Part shown: piece after piece, positions 50,698 through 63,925 of the stretch
Layout of the letters: every line of letters begins with the position of its first letter
Numbering within the stretch: the first letter of the stretch is position 1
Assembly: GCA_030704615.1 (NCBI GenBank)
Contig: CM060732.1
Span: 682,001-746,000 of the forward strand
Length of the DNA stretch: 64,000 nt
Reading direction: 5' to 3'
Origin: Takakia lepidozioides
Taxonomy: Eukaryota > Plantae > Bryophyta
Position numbers and translations under genes: made by a program
Notes under the pieces: model-generated
What the model saw: only the letters and a program-made list of their open reading frames with translations
Told to the model about the DNA's origin: nothing
The model's database searches: none

Positions 50698-50772
50698 GAG
50701 AAGGTTGAAGCAAGCTGGAAGGGCAGCTTACCACGAGCTGCCAAGAAACCCCCCTTGACAATTGTGTGAGGC
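50698..50772 (-). pseudogene. Short relic of HIBADH exon 8 3' end and splice donor
   Basis: Matches ~9610-9689 in the same orientation (GCTTACCA.GAGCTG.CAAGAAA.CCCCCTTGA.AATTGTGTGAGGCA). Confidence 0.8.
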
Positions 50773-52105
50773 AAACAACGCACCCACACCGCAATTCAAA
50801 CTTGCCAGGGTCTGCTGGCCGATGGAGGGGAGAAGAGAAAGAGAGATAGAGAGAGAGAAGGTGGGTGGGAAGAAGGGGTGGCCGAGTTGGCAGGGCACGT
50901 TCCCTCACGTTCCCTCGGACAGAGTGGAAGGGTGATTGTAACTTAAAGTCAGTGCGCTGCCCCCCCGCAACTGGCACGCCGATCATGGCTGCCCGTATAT
51001 AGCTGCCCGCCGCCCTGTGCGCAAAGCTCGCTTGTCACCCTCCACCTGGGGATGAATCTGTAGAGAGACTTCAATGTCTAAAGATCTATCCAAGACTGCT
51101 GGACCCAACCTGGAATTGAGGAGCGAGGTGGGTAGGGAACTGACTCAGCTCCTGCTAAGTTTGTCTCTCTTTGGAAAACCAACCTCCCTCCCGTCTCTCT
51201 CTGTCTCTCTCACTCTCACAGTTTGTGGATCATTCAGGCTTTGCTTTGTCTAGGCTGCAAAGCTAGACGTTGGAACTGAAAGGTAGTGTGGGAAGGGATA
51301 TCTTCTCCCTGGTAATCTACCTCCAGGTGGGCTGGATGAATCTGCAGTTCAAGAAGGAAGTTAGTGAACAAAACTGTGAAGTGGGCACTGGGTTGCTTTG
51401 TTAGAGGTCCTGAGGGTATCAGAGATCGAGCGACACATGATCCAGTTCTCACACGGCTTTATCACTATCACCATCGCCTCGGACTATATGTGCTGGATGC
51501 AGGTATAGATTACTTCCAATTGGCAAGTTCCTCCGTATCCACGAGGGGAAATAAGAGGATCTGAGACAGAGGTGGCATATCAGAGCATCGCCTTCATGTA
51601 CCCCCCCGTCTTCAGTGCAGTCCAAGTCTGCTGTCAGGTCGAGACGAACTACAGATTATATGATCCTGAAAGTGTTTCTTCTGAATCTTCGAAGTGGTTC
51701 CCTCGCTTAGATCGGCGTCCAAAAACCGCAAGTGTTAGATGCGTGTACAGAAGAGCCAAGTGAATCAAGTTCCAGGATCATATCCAGACGAGTCTATCAA
51801 TCCATTCAGAGGTTTGGACTTTATTTTGTTGTAGGAGGTTACACATTCCGAAGCTGTACCCACGATGAAGTACCGGATTTTGTCCCTCAGTTCATATGTT
51901 TCTCTTCTCGAAGCTAGCAGCCTTTACCGTCTTATATAGGATTGCAAGGAACGGCGTAGTAAATGTGTAACCCATCAGGCGTAGACGCTGCTTTGGGGCC
52001 AGGAGACAGGAGCAGTTGGGCTGCCTTGCAGGTTACAGGCGCTAGCGTGAGAATCTTCGTCAGCCAGCGAGTCATCAGAACGTGTATTATATAAAGTAGG
52101 GTAGT

Positions 52106-54775
52106 ATGAAGCTGGCGTGGTCAGGCGCAGCTTCATGCAATATGCCAGGCCGACTGGGGTCTCCCTCCTCAGTGCTGCAGCACAAGTCTTCTCTCTCAAC
52201 GGCAGCGCCAGACCTTCCCATCAGCCCTGGGCACTTTGAGCACAAGGAGGCATGTCACTCGAGTAGCTACAATGGTGTTCCTGTAGACTTGCGGCCATCG
52301 CTGCTTCAGCACAATCTGGATTTCCAGGGATCCACCACAGGGGTGCCTTCGCCAAGCACGCGTCCAGACTCGCTACAAGCTAGTTTCAGGTCCGCAGACG
52401 TAATGGAATCAAAAGAATCCCAATCATCGACTACCACAAAGGTGAAGGAAGAGATCCTTCAAGCCCAAACCAACCCACAAGTTACACAAGTCCCCAACAG
52501 GTCAATGGCATCAACGAGCTCTCCAGATACCACAAAGGATCTACAGTCATGTCTGGAATCAAAACACACTATTTCTCAGTTCTCAACAACAGCAGGTCGA
52601 CAACCTTTAGCACGGGGTAATAGTTCATCCACCATGGAGTCTCGTGTTGAGAACTCCACTCCAGATTATGATGTTCAAGAGCGAGTATTATCGCCGCAAC
52701 CTCACAGCCCCCCAAAACATGAGGAAGTCTTAGCCGATGTGTCAGCTGCAAAGCAACAAGATCCAGCCGACGAGAATCCCCATTCCGTTTCTACTCCCAA
52801 GCAACAAGGCCCCAAACGAAAGTACGTATGGTCCACTTTACTGTCCGGGATCATGTGGCCTGACCTACATGAATATATGCCATTGATATGTACTTCCAGA
52901 GCTCGCTCAGTGAAATGCCCCTAGTCTGCACTAGTTCAAGGTAGCTGATGCGGTTCAAGCTGTGAAAGGTATATGAGGATGTAGAGTCCGTCTGGACATT
53001 CCATTTTTTTTACTGTTTGAGCTCTTTCCCGTCTTCCTCCCTCTTCACGCTGTTCTTTCCCAAACCGCGCGTTTGAATATGTATATTGCCAAAAGACTGG
53101 CAATTACTGTTAGCAAAGCGCATCTCTCTTGTACGGCTCTCCCCTTTGCGTACCTTGTTCTTACTTTTAACAATTGAACCTGGACTCAACAGAGTGCACG
53201 TTGTTTTGCATGCAAGAGATTGTGGCTTCTCAGTTGTAACACTCTTGGAACAAATTCGACGGATTATACATGTGCACGTGATCGGATGGCCAGCCCACAC
53301 ACACAACAAAGCACAATATATATCGCATGGTCAGCAATTTGCACACTACAGGATGCACTTTCCGGAGCTTTTAACTCCCAACCGTGATTCATTATTTTCA
53401 CGCTCTTACCCTCCCACCTGCACTTTTTCCTCTTTAGTAAAACATATCCTTGCAAACAGCAAATGTAAGCAGTCTATAGCATGCTGAATAGATGATTGCA
53501 TGGGGAATGCAGAAAGGTGCAGCAGAAGAGAACAGTGCTTGTTTCAGTACCAGAGCCTTCCGGGAGATCAAGCAGTGAGAGCGTCCCTTCTGATTTGTGG
53601 GCTTGGCGCAAATATGGCCAGAAGCCCATTAAGGGTTCTCCTTATCCAAGGTGTGTTGGTTAATCAATGATCTGTTCAATTTGGACATCCCAGTTCTACC
53701 CAAGGTCTTTTCCTTTTACCAGTTTTGTTCTTTTACAGTATCAAAATCTGGCCTGGACATACTTTCTACTAGTATTGTCTTCAATATTTAGTTCATGACC
53801 AGTATGTACACGTTGTTGATGCTCAACTTGAAATGGGGAAGTTGCACAATTGGTAATGTCTTGAGTGGTTGGCCACGAATATGGATCGTCCAGTACATAC
53901 ATGCCATGAATGCTGAAGGATTTAATGGCCATGAGTGGTGTGCTAATAACAGTTAGGGAGTGCTGGTTAGGTTTGAGCATGCAATATGACCAGTCATGCT
54001 ATTGCATAGTTGGTCTACCGTTGTCTGGTGTGCTTTAATCGTACAGTAACACTCCCTAGAATTAGCCTTCAATTACATCTCTTTGTGGGGATTCAGGGGC
54101 TACTACAGATGCAGCAGCAGCAAAGGATGCTTGGCCCGGAAGCAGGTTGAACGCAGTCGCAACGACCCATCAATGCTCATCATCACCTACACTGCTGAGC
54201 ATAATCATTCATGGCCTTCCCACCGCAACTCTTCGGCTGGTGCAGCAAGGATAAGCTCACCAGATAAAGAAGGGAGAGAAAGAGCCTGTGCTACCGATGA
54301 AACTTGCAGACCTTCTATTGAAAGAGATAGAGCGTGTGCTGCTGATGGAGCCTGTGACCCTGTGGACAATGCTGATGGAGCTCAGCAACCAATTTTGAAG
54401 GATGACGAAATCCATGAGGCTTGCCAACCTATTTTGGACAAACCACCCCTTTTCTTGTCTGAATCTGGTTTTGACTCCTGTGACATGGGCTTCCAAACCC
54501 AATTAGTTTCATCAGGGGAAATGCAGGCAGATTCCTACACCTTCAGTCCGACACGTGACACCGAAATGTTGGGACCTCTTTCAAGTTCTAGCATGCAAGA
54601 TGAAGATTTTTTCGCAGAGCTGGAGGAGCTCCCTGATTCCTCAGTGGCAGTCTTTGGGTGGGGTAGCTTCCTGGATGACCGATCGGATGATGAGGGTGGG
54701 AACATGAATGTGGACCCTTACAATCTGTTTTGCTGGTCAACAACCACACCTCTTGAGAGCAAGGTTGTTAGCTAG
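52106..54775 (+). CDS. WRKY transcription factor, group IIe-like, 3 exons
   Basis: Exons 52106-52821, 53513-53650 ([21 protein letters not shown]), 54097-54775 ([20 protein letters not shown]...YTAEHNH). GT-AG introns with consistent phases. Start codon uncertain. Confidence 0.92.
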
Positions 54776-56883
54776 CGTCACCATATCTTTGTACAGTATG
54801 TGTTGGTGTCAAAGAGGAAGATGAAGAGATGCAGGAAATGACCAGTGCTCTCTCTAAATGCTTTGTTACAGCGTCTAGAGCTTGAGTACACCTATAGCAC
54901 ACTCATAACTGCCAGCTTTTCAAACTAGTCTTCTAAATGATCCTTCAAGGGGGACAAGTTGTAATTGGATTACTTTTGAGTTCATGTGTGCTTAATTTGG
55001 TGCACTTGCTGATGAATCACAGGAACTCCTGTTACAATCTGCAGCTATTCAAATGACCACAATTTCCTTGATGTGTGCTGTACAATTCCGCATGACACTT
55101 TGCACACCTCTTTTCATTTATAGATGCAGTCCGTTCTCTACAGATGATGTTTCAAATCCTGCAACACAGGGCCCCAGCTAGTGGAGGTGACAAGTATAGT
55201 CACAACTGAAAAAACTTCCAAGAGACTACCGGAGTGGGGCTCCATTCTCAACATGCAATGCTGGAAAGTAATGTCATCTATAAGTTACTCTAAAGATCAT
55301 TCTCTACAGAAGTGACTTTTAGATTTATGATACTACATTTGACATTCCAAATGATTGTGCCCTCTAAAAATCCTGTTAAATAGCAACCAAAACTAATTCT
55401 TTTAGGATCATCTTGGACATCCTGAAAGAGTCCATAGAGCAAGATGCTGTTGCGTTGCATGTATAGTTCACTGTCATGACATTCTGGTGTACTAATTGGC
55501 CAACCATTATAATACCCTTGAGATCAATGGCAGCATCAGCTTGTCATAAACTTTGCAACTTTGCAAAAGAGATTCTTGGCACTCAACGACTTCAGCCAAA
55601 GCCCTGGCATCCAAGTAACACAATCCCGAGTTTACACTCTGATATTGAAGCCCTCAAAACCATATTCCCAGGGGAAACCTAGGTGAAAAATAAGCACAAT
55701 TACAAATGAAGTCCAAAAGAGTGGGATGTGGGGACCTCAGTAGCCTGGCTGTTGCCGGTCCTCCCCCAGGGGGGGGGGGGTGGTCCTTTAATCTGACTGG
55801 TTAGCCTGTTTGGCTCTCTATCCCTTGATCTTCATCTTACAAAGATCTCCAAAACAAAAGCTAAATCATAAAGCCAGAAACTCGAAATCCATAGGTTTGC
55901 GCCAAAAATCAAAGCCCAAATACAATTGCAGGGGTGCCTAATATACGGTCCACACACCAGCGCAACTGGAAGGCCAAAAATGACTATTGGAGCAGCACTA
56001 TACAGCTCACTGTAGGACAAAATAGATTACATTGGTAGCACCATACAGGTCAATATAGTAGGAAGTGAAAGAAAAGGTTTGTGCGATCCTTACCTCTCTT
56101 CTTTGTGTATATGTATGATAGTTATTGAGAAACCTTCTTTTAAATTCACAGACAACCAACTTTCAGACACGTTAAAGTATGATCAGTACCCTGCATGCAA
56201 ATGAGAAAAGACTAAACCCATCCTTCTTCGGTTTAAGAAAGGGAGGAACAACGACCTTACAAGAACCAAAACCCTAAACCCTCAATCTCACTTCAGCTTT
56301 CCACGGCTTTTCAAGCTTCAAACCACAACGACTTATGTGAATATAGATTCATTCACCGTGTAACGGCATGTTGGAGTGCCTGATTCTATCTCTAAAGAGC
56401 AGCATAGTGACCCTAGGGTCGAGCAAACAAACACAGTGGGACAATGCCATCGAAACAAAACCCTCCTTGGGAAGGGAAAAACCATCAGCAAAACAAAATT
56501 GCCAGCATCCAGCATGCTTCTGGAATACATACAGCCGCCATCTAACATCTGTCTCTTTGGGAACTCAACGTTATGGCAAACGTTTGAAGGATAACCGTTC
56601 TATGCTGAGCAATTTCCAAATGTGGCAACCGAAAATGAAAGCGAACTAGTCAATCTATTTCATTGACATTTGCTGGACACCAAAGAAAGGAACGTGAGAG
56701 CGAGCATGTAATGGAAGGCAATATGCTGGAGACATAGCACTTTGCAACACTGCCAACGAGGGTCAATTTCCTATCCAACGCTGAAGCACTGCAAAGCCTC
56801 GAAAATTCCATTACCCGCTGCTTGGAAGCTGTCGGAAAGGATGATCAACAATGGATACCGGCCGACATGATCCGCAGGTGACC

Positions 56884-57645
56884 TCATTTGTCCCATTCAT
56901 CAACAGAGACCACAGTGCTACTCTCTGAACGAAATGAAGTCTCGTTGAGCAGCGAGGGATCCACATACGCATTCCAGCCCAACAAATGAGGAATCATGTA
57001 ATTCATCAAAGAGCGCATCACAGCAAACTCAGCCTTTGTGATTGGGACTACCTGTCGATCTTCGGAAAATGTCAATTTGTTCACCAAATTGAAGTTGAAA
57101 AAGTACCCTGTTCTGTCTTGCATGGGTTCAATTCTCAGCGTTTTAATGACCTTCCCCGCATCCACTTTCCCCATGTTGGGGTCGTGGACAAATTCGGCAC
57201 TCTCGGAAGGAGCAAGTTCCAGCAGCTTGCCCAGTTCTGCAGGGGCGAGGGCGATAATCTGCTTGCGGTTCCAATCGTACTGCTTCGGGCCGATGCCAGG
57301 TGAAAATTCAAAAAACATAGAGCCTTCTCTGCCGACCTTCACACCCTGTTCAATGTGTTCGAAGGTAGGCTTCAGGGGTCTCAAGCTAAGCGCTCCTGTG
57401 CCCTTGTAGAAAGTATGTTGTACATACACCTTGCCTTGAATTGATGGAACACCCATGGGTTGGGAATGCTTCACCGAAGTAGAGTAACCCGAGGACCCCA
57501 TTGCTGCGAAAATGGTTCGTGCTTTCGCAGGCTTACTCCCACAGCGAGCCATCGCCAGCTGCTTGACACCATCGGCCACCCACTTCGTACCTGATGCCGC
57601 CAAGCAAACTGCATCCACTGCTTGCATACCCACCAATCTCTGCAT
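56884..57645 (-). CDS. WHY: Whirly family organellar ssDNA-binding protein, intronless
   Basis: YKGTGAL, YDWNRKQ, FVHDPNMG, GYFFN, VPITKAEFAV, IPHLLGW. Likely ATG at 57645; the open frame extends to 57771. Confidence 0.9.
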   Translation of the reverse strand: MQRLVGMQAVDAVCLAASGTKWVADGVKQLAMARCGSKPAKARTIFAAMGSSGYSTSVKHSQPMGVPSIQGKVYVQHTFYKGTGALSLRPLKPTFEHIEQGVKVGREGSMFFEFSPGIGPKQYDWNRKQIIALAPAELGKLLELAPSESAEFVHDPNMGKVDAGKVIKTLRIEPMQDRTGYFFNFNLVNKLTFSEDRQVVPITKAEFAVMRSLMNYMIPHLLGWNAYVDPSLLNETSFRSESSTVVSVDEWDK

Positions 57646-57874
57646 GCTGCTATCACTTCGTCCCACAAACAGTTCGCGAATCCCGCCAAACAACAAATGG
57701 GTGCAATCGAGCAGACAGATTTCTCCCCTGTAGGGCGAATGGATGGACGGACACCCGTAACTGTTACTCATACACAGATATCATTGACATATTTGTGGGT
57801 GCTGGCGGATAGGCAAGGAAATCGTCCCATCGTTTTGAAGCGGGACTAGGAGGCGTCCATAGCCACAGTGCGCC

Positions 57875-58158
57875 ATGGCGACCTCCTATGTGCTGGTCCC
57901 GTGTGCATCAGCTCCATGCCCTTCTGCTTATGTATCCTCGTCACCTGGAAGCGCTGGAGCAGGCGGGACCTGCTATCGTCTGAGAAGCGTGTTTGTGTGC
58001 CGGCGTGTAGGCAAGCCTTTCCCTGCTCGAGGTTTGGGCCAACATGGGGCATCCCGCGTCACTGCCTTTTTCAAGTTTGGAAACCGCGGTCTCGATGCTG
58101 AGGGAGCTGGAATTTACGCCAGTCAGGGGCGTGATGATTTTGATCGTGATGACGTTGA

Positions 58159-58195
<37 letters not shown>

Positions 58196-59193
58196 AGCAA
58201 ATGTAGCGCTCTAAGTGGGCCAAGAGCTCAAGGTCAAACAGATATATCAAATTCATGTGTGCTGTCCAGCTGACATTTGCACTACCTGGTGAATTCAGTT
58301 TAGTGTCTCTTCCGTGCTTTAGCTTCGCCGAATTGTTGTGAAACCGGAGTCATTTGTTTTACTTGGACGGTTCATGCCCGAGTGACGACTATACTACCTT
58401 CGTCCCAAGAGCACATGAAAGGTCTTATTGTTTCAGAAGAGTTTTGATTTGGAAGTCTGCTCTTAATGCATGCGATGGAACAGTCAATGATAGCGTAGGT
58501 TTCTTATGCAATTTGCTTACCTGGGTCTAAGAACCGAATCCACCATGAGCCCTAACGGACAGGGCAGCTGACATTATGGTATAAGCAACTAGGTGATGGG
58601 TCAAAATATGATCTTCAGAGGGCACACCACATGGAGTAAACCTGAGTTTCCAGCCTATGGATCCTGAAGAGTTGTCAGACATAACTGATGAGAAGATGTA
58701 GACTCTTCTGATTTACTTGGTGGGTTTTTCCCTGATGTGTCTAGGAGCCGGTGAGAATCTAAGGTGGCACCTTCAATCTGGGCCGGAGTGTGTTTCAATG
58801 CTTGGTTCCTGATTAAAGGACCAGGCCTTTCTGTTAGCCAGCAGTTGTGCACAGGGTAGAAGCTTGGGCATGATTTGATTGCTGGAAAAGTTTGGGTGGA
58901 ACGGGGACCCTGATGTGGTCTATAGTTTGCTGCAGTATTTCAACTACATGGGGATGCTGGCAACTGAGGGCACATATGACAAGATGGACGCGCTCCTAAA
59001 CCAGGGAATTCACCCAGTTGACATATTGTTGCTCTTGGCTGCCTCGGAAGGTGACAAGCCTAAGATTGAGGAGCTGCTTAGAGCCGGGGCCAATTGTACT
59101 GTTACAGACCAGGAGGGTAATACCGCGATAGACCGTGCATCAAGTGATGAGATCCGGCAGTTTATTGTCAGTGGTCCAAAAGCAGTTGTGTGA
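57875..59193 (+). CDS. LTD: Chloroplast ankyrin protein LHCP TRANSLOCATION DEFECT / GDC1, 2 exons
   Basis: Exon 57875-58162 (transit peptide-like, FKFG..G.DAEGAGIY.SQGRDDFDRDDVEQ) joins exon 58936-59193 (YFNYMGMLA.EGTY...EGDKPKIEELLRAGA). Confidence 0.92.
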
Positions 59194-60224
59194 TTGATCC
59201 ACAGTTGTAGTTAGCATTTATGTTACAGCTTCAGAGAAGGAATCTCTGCACTTCAATTTTGTGGTGTATGGACAGATCGAAAATGTCACCTGTGCAATAA
59301 GCAACTTAATACATGGTAGACTAAAGGTATGATTTTGTTAGGGGGAAGGCTCTGGGCAGAGGGGGCTCCACCCTGGGAGGGCATAGGCCGAGCATGGAAG
59401 CCAAAGAGTGTGCGCCCAAGCGGGGCGGCACCCTGAGGCCAGAGCCATCCCTGAAGTGAGGTCATGCGTCCTTTTTGCCATGTTGGCAGGAGGGTGGATA
59501 CACCTTCGCCGAGAAGGTGAGAAGGTGGAGCCATGCTGCAGGTGGCGGGTGCATTGGCGGGAGGTGCATAATAAATTGTGTACCATTATAGAGGCAAATT
59601 CCTTCGCAGGAGGTGGCTCCAAACTGCCACCACCTGACATTATGCAAGTGCTCTCTCTTCTTTGGGGGGTTATGTTTTTGTACACGCACACTGCAAGCCT
59701 GTAGATGTGTTGGAATTTTTGGTTTCTAGAGCAGAGAACAGAGCTGATTGTGAATTAAGATGTAGATTGATCCTGTCTAAAGTGGACTTTATTTACAGTT
59801 TAGTAAGCCTACATTGTTCATGTATTGAGAGATTGGTTTCCATTACACTGAAGGATTTTTCTAACTCCCCAGAACTGTTGTCAGTCTGGCAAGCATTAAT
59901 TCTCTTGAACTCCCGCGATACTGTCCTGGGTGACTGTCGCATTTCCTTAGATTATGCTCAGTGCTGGTGATTCCTGGTTTGAAGTATCCATCCCATGTAG
60001 GGGTGGTTGTACCTTTAGCTTGCCTTCCTATCATAATCCAATGTAGCAAATACCAGACTATATGTAGACTCATCAGAAGAGAAGACAACCAAACAGGAAT
60101 GATGAAATCCACAATGGTGCCAAAGATCTCTCTTATAAATATCCTATAAAAGTATGCCTTGCACGCCCTACCAGCAAAAATAATCTATTCAACATTCTAT
60201 GCCAACTTTGTTCTCTTTACAGGG

Positions 60225-61321
60225 TGGCATGTTGCCCTGAACACAAGGCTGACCTCCTGGTAAAATTCCCATTTCTGCGTTGTTACTGTGTCCCAGCAAT
60301 GCACTAGCTCTATGAAAACAGCTCTTGAGGCTGTGCAGGAAGCACACGACATCATAAAAGAGGAGGTGAAATTGAGCCCCGGAGCTAGACTAAAGCAGAT
60401 TCAGTTGAAGGCAGCCCACAAGATTGCTCTTGGCAAAATCATGTCTGAAGATGGTTCAGACCGAGTGCCCTTGAACGAAGAGGAGATGCTTGACCTGTTG
60501 GAGTCCGTCTCGCACGTTTGTAGTCGAATGTGCGGAATCACATCGTATCTTGCAAGCAGGAGTTCGGTCGGGGGTCGGACATGCACTCAATCATGGAGGT
60601 GAAACGAATGACTGGATATGACTACATCCAAGGTAGCAGGTTTCCAGGGCAAGGCAGCGAATCCGATCGTTGTTACATTTTTAAAATGTCAACGTGTGGG
60701 CCTGGGAGTGGAGTCGACTTGGTCACTCGCATGACAACTGGAAACTTGTCGAATGCTTAGGTGATGTTTGATCACATCAAGCGAATTACAAACCATCAGT
60801 GGGTGACTATGGATGCGCATGTTTATGACTATCACTCCAAGAGGCTCATGTCGATTACAATCTGCGAGATGAAAGGGGAGGACACATAGTCGGAGATACA
60901 TCTGTGGGAGGGCATAAACGAGCAGATGGCAAGGGTGGGATTGGCAGAGCCCAATTTCAGGGGATTCATGACAGACAACGCTCAAGCCAACTGGGCAGCG
61001 GTGCGGCGTATGTACGGTGAGGACCCCAATGTTCCAATGGAGGGGAAGGAGAGATCCTGTGGATTCCATTGGATGCAGAGTCTATCTCATTACACTACCA
61101 AATTTGTTGCTACCTCATTCCAGGCTGAACACCGTGTCCTTTGTACGGCATGGAAGGATGCACCCACATTTGATGATGCGGAGGTTAAGTTTGCTATCAT
61201 CGAGGCTTGGTGGAACACGTCAGGTGCAGTAGAGACAACCAATCTGGGAGCCTTGCACAGCTGGTTGGGGTGGTGGCATTTCCGGTATCGACAGTTCGGA
61301 CAGTACATGCGAGAGGTATGA
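60225..61321 (+). mobile_element. Mutator-like (MULE) transposase pseudogene fragment
   Basis: MFDHIKR...FMTDNAQANW...CGFHW fits the D..D..CxxH pattern of MULE DDE domains; in-frame stops and a frameshift; no TIRs found. Confidence 0.7.
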
Positions 61322-61564
61322 TGCTATCATTTTCGTGCAATTGTCTTTCTATTACGGACCTTTCCATTGGTCCCGAAGACAAGGAGTAGCAGGCATCAGG
61401 AAAACGAAGGGGGGGGATAACAATATGCTACAAGCCTCTCTATTGAAGTCTTTCCTAGTAAAATTATGGCCATAAACAGGAACTAGGCTCTCTTGGTCTT
61501 TGTTCTGTATGGAAGTGCCTATGGGCCCCAGCAGCTCCCCCAAAATATGGGAGAAGGTCAAATC

Positions 61565-63925
61565 TCAGTAGACCAAATGTAGCCGTCTCAACTCTGTCTG
61601 GAATGTTCCACTGGCATTCAAGGTGCGTTGAGCAAGATTCCTAATGTCATCACGTGAGCAATCTCGAGAGATGCGCACAAGCTCCCAGAGGGCACCCCCT
61701 GCTACCAGATCCTTTGCATTCACTTCTGCAGACCCAACACTCACCAGACTGTTGTTGGTCAGTTGATTCTGAACCAACATATATGAGTTGAATACCTGCC
61801 TACATTGTAATCCCCCAATGAATCTTACAAAACGAAGTTGATTCTGACTGGATGGCAGTGACTGACAAACTTAAGAGCAATGATTGATCGTGAGTCAACA
61901 ACCCCAGGCAATACTACTCTTGTTCAGGAATACCCTCAACATATGTGCGAAATAACAGAGAGCAAAGAAGAGCCCAAGGTTATAACAATTTGAAAGGGGC
62001 AGGTCCAATTCATGTAGAAATTATGTGGCATTCACAAATCAGTCAAACGCTTGACAGATTGTAACTGTTTGTTCAAACACATACCATGCTGTGCCAAGTG
62101 GCAAAGGGCAAGCTCAATGTGTCGACGAATTGGTGCTGCATCATTGTTAGCATTGGCAACAATCCATGGGAGGGCTCCATCATCTATTAGTAGTGACCTC
62201 CCTGTTTTGAAGCCTGCCAGGATGACTCATACTGTCAGAAACAAATACGTCTACTGCAAATACAGGTCAATTAACCACCTTCTCTCCCTGGTCTTACAGT
62301 AATGTGAGTAGAGTTGATGCACATAGTAAGTTACAATGTACTTGGGCAGATCTATCGTCTTGATGCCTGATCAGGAAAGTAGTCACCCATGGAAAGATAA
62401 CTGGCTGAACACTAGGGAAACAGTAGACACCTTTCCGGGCCTCTTTACATCTCACTGCTGCGAATGGAAAAGCTTCGGCACCCTGGGGCTTTCTACAATC
62501 TCTCTAAGAACATGCCTAATGGTGTAATATGGACTCTATAGTGCTCAGAGGGCAGAACATTTGGTTTGTTGACAGTCTTGCTTCCAAGCAACAGAGAACA
62601 ACCTAGTAACTAGTAATGTACCTAGTAACCTGGTACTTAGTAATGTAGTTCAGCCAATCAGTACCACTGCAAAAAGCAAGATAGCGAGCGAGTGAGTGTC
62701 AGTACCTTGTGCAGCACCTCGTGACTCACACTTGGCAAAGTTGGCAATGCCTCGTGCCACTTGCGCCAGCACGTCAGCGTGGCGGGAGCGCACCATACCA
62801 AGCAGTGCTCGGATTCCCCCCTCCTCCCTCAGCTTTACCTGCAACTTATCTGCATACCCCTCCCATAAACACACTTAGGCCTGATAGGTCTATAAAAGAA
62901 TGCAGACAGGAGAAGGTACAACAGCTAACTATTTAATCATCTACAATGATATGTCCCATTACCTATGTAAGGGTGTTTAGTGCGTGTCAAAAGACATTGA
63001 GACATGCAGGCAGAGGCATACCATTGCCACATAGGTTCGCAATGGCGCCTGCAACCATTCGAAGTGTTTGCGGGTCCTCAGCATCATCAGCTGTCCTTGC
63101 TAACAGGCTGATACCACCCTGTCCCATTATCAGCTCCTGATTGGTCTCTGCATGCCACGTAGAGGAAGTTATTAAGTCCCGCTGCAGATAATTCCGTACT
63201 CGCATCCACACCCACACTTATGTACAGTAACATGAATTTCTTTGAGCTCTGCTATTTGGAATCCAAATGGTGGCTTGCTCTCAAGAATGAGCAGGTCTCA
63301 CCAGATCCATCAGGTTGACCGAGTTAAGAGGTCTTGTCTCCAGACTGCACATACACATTTTTCATATTTCCTAGACCACTAACAGTCAGCTGCAGAACGT
63401 TCACTGTCAGTTGCAGCAGCCTAGCCTTGCATGCAGGCATGACCTTGTTCATATGTGACCTGCATTTATTCATCCTAATGACACACTTTGCTTCTGATCT
63501 TCAATAATTTTGATTCTCAAAGGTATACTAAGGGTCGATTCCTTGCTGACCCAGGAATGCCGTGGGGTATTTTCTTTTCCCCACCTGCAAGGAAAGAATC
63601 ATCAGAACATTGCAATGGTACATCAACAGGCATTGTTATTGAATAGGACATTCCCAAGTCACATTTGTCATGGACTACTTGGATATCTTGGCATTCAGCT
63701 GAGATGTTGCCACTTGAGGAATAGTTTCATGTGGATTGATGAAGCAAAATGACGAGGGCAGGCTCACATATCAGATATATATGTACGTTATGGGTGTACC
63801 ATTCATAGCCAGGTTGGCAACAGCACCCGCAGCGACACGGCGAATGGTTTCATCCTCGGAGCTTTGCAAAAGCATGAGGAGTGAGCCAAGACCTCCAGCA
63901 TCCACTATCTTCTCCTGGTTTGATT
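61565..63925 (-). CDS. ARK: Armadillo-repeat kinesin, last five exons (gene continues beyond the window)
   Basis: Exons 63925-63800 (SNQEKIVDAGGL..SEDETIRRVAAGA.ANLAMN), 63147-63022 (DPQTLRMVAGAIANLCGN), 62849-62706 (QVARGIANFAKCESR), 62213-62085 (GALPWIV..IRRHIELALCHLAQH), 61725-61565 (GALWELVRISRDCSR). Confidence 0.93.
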
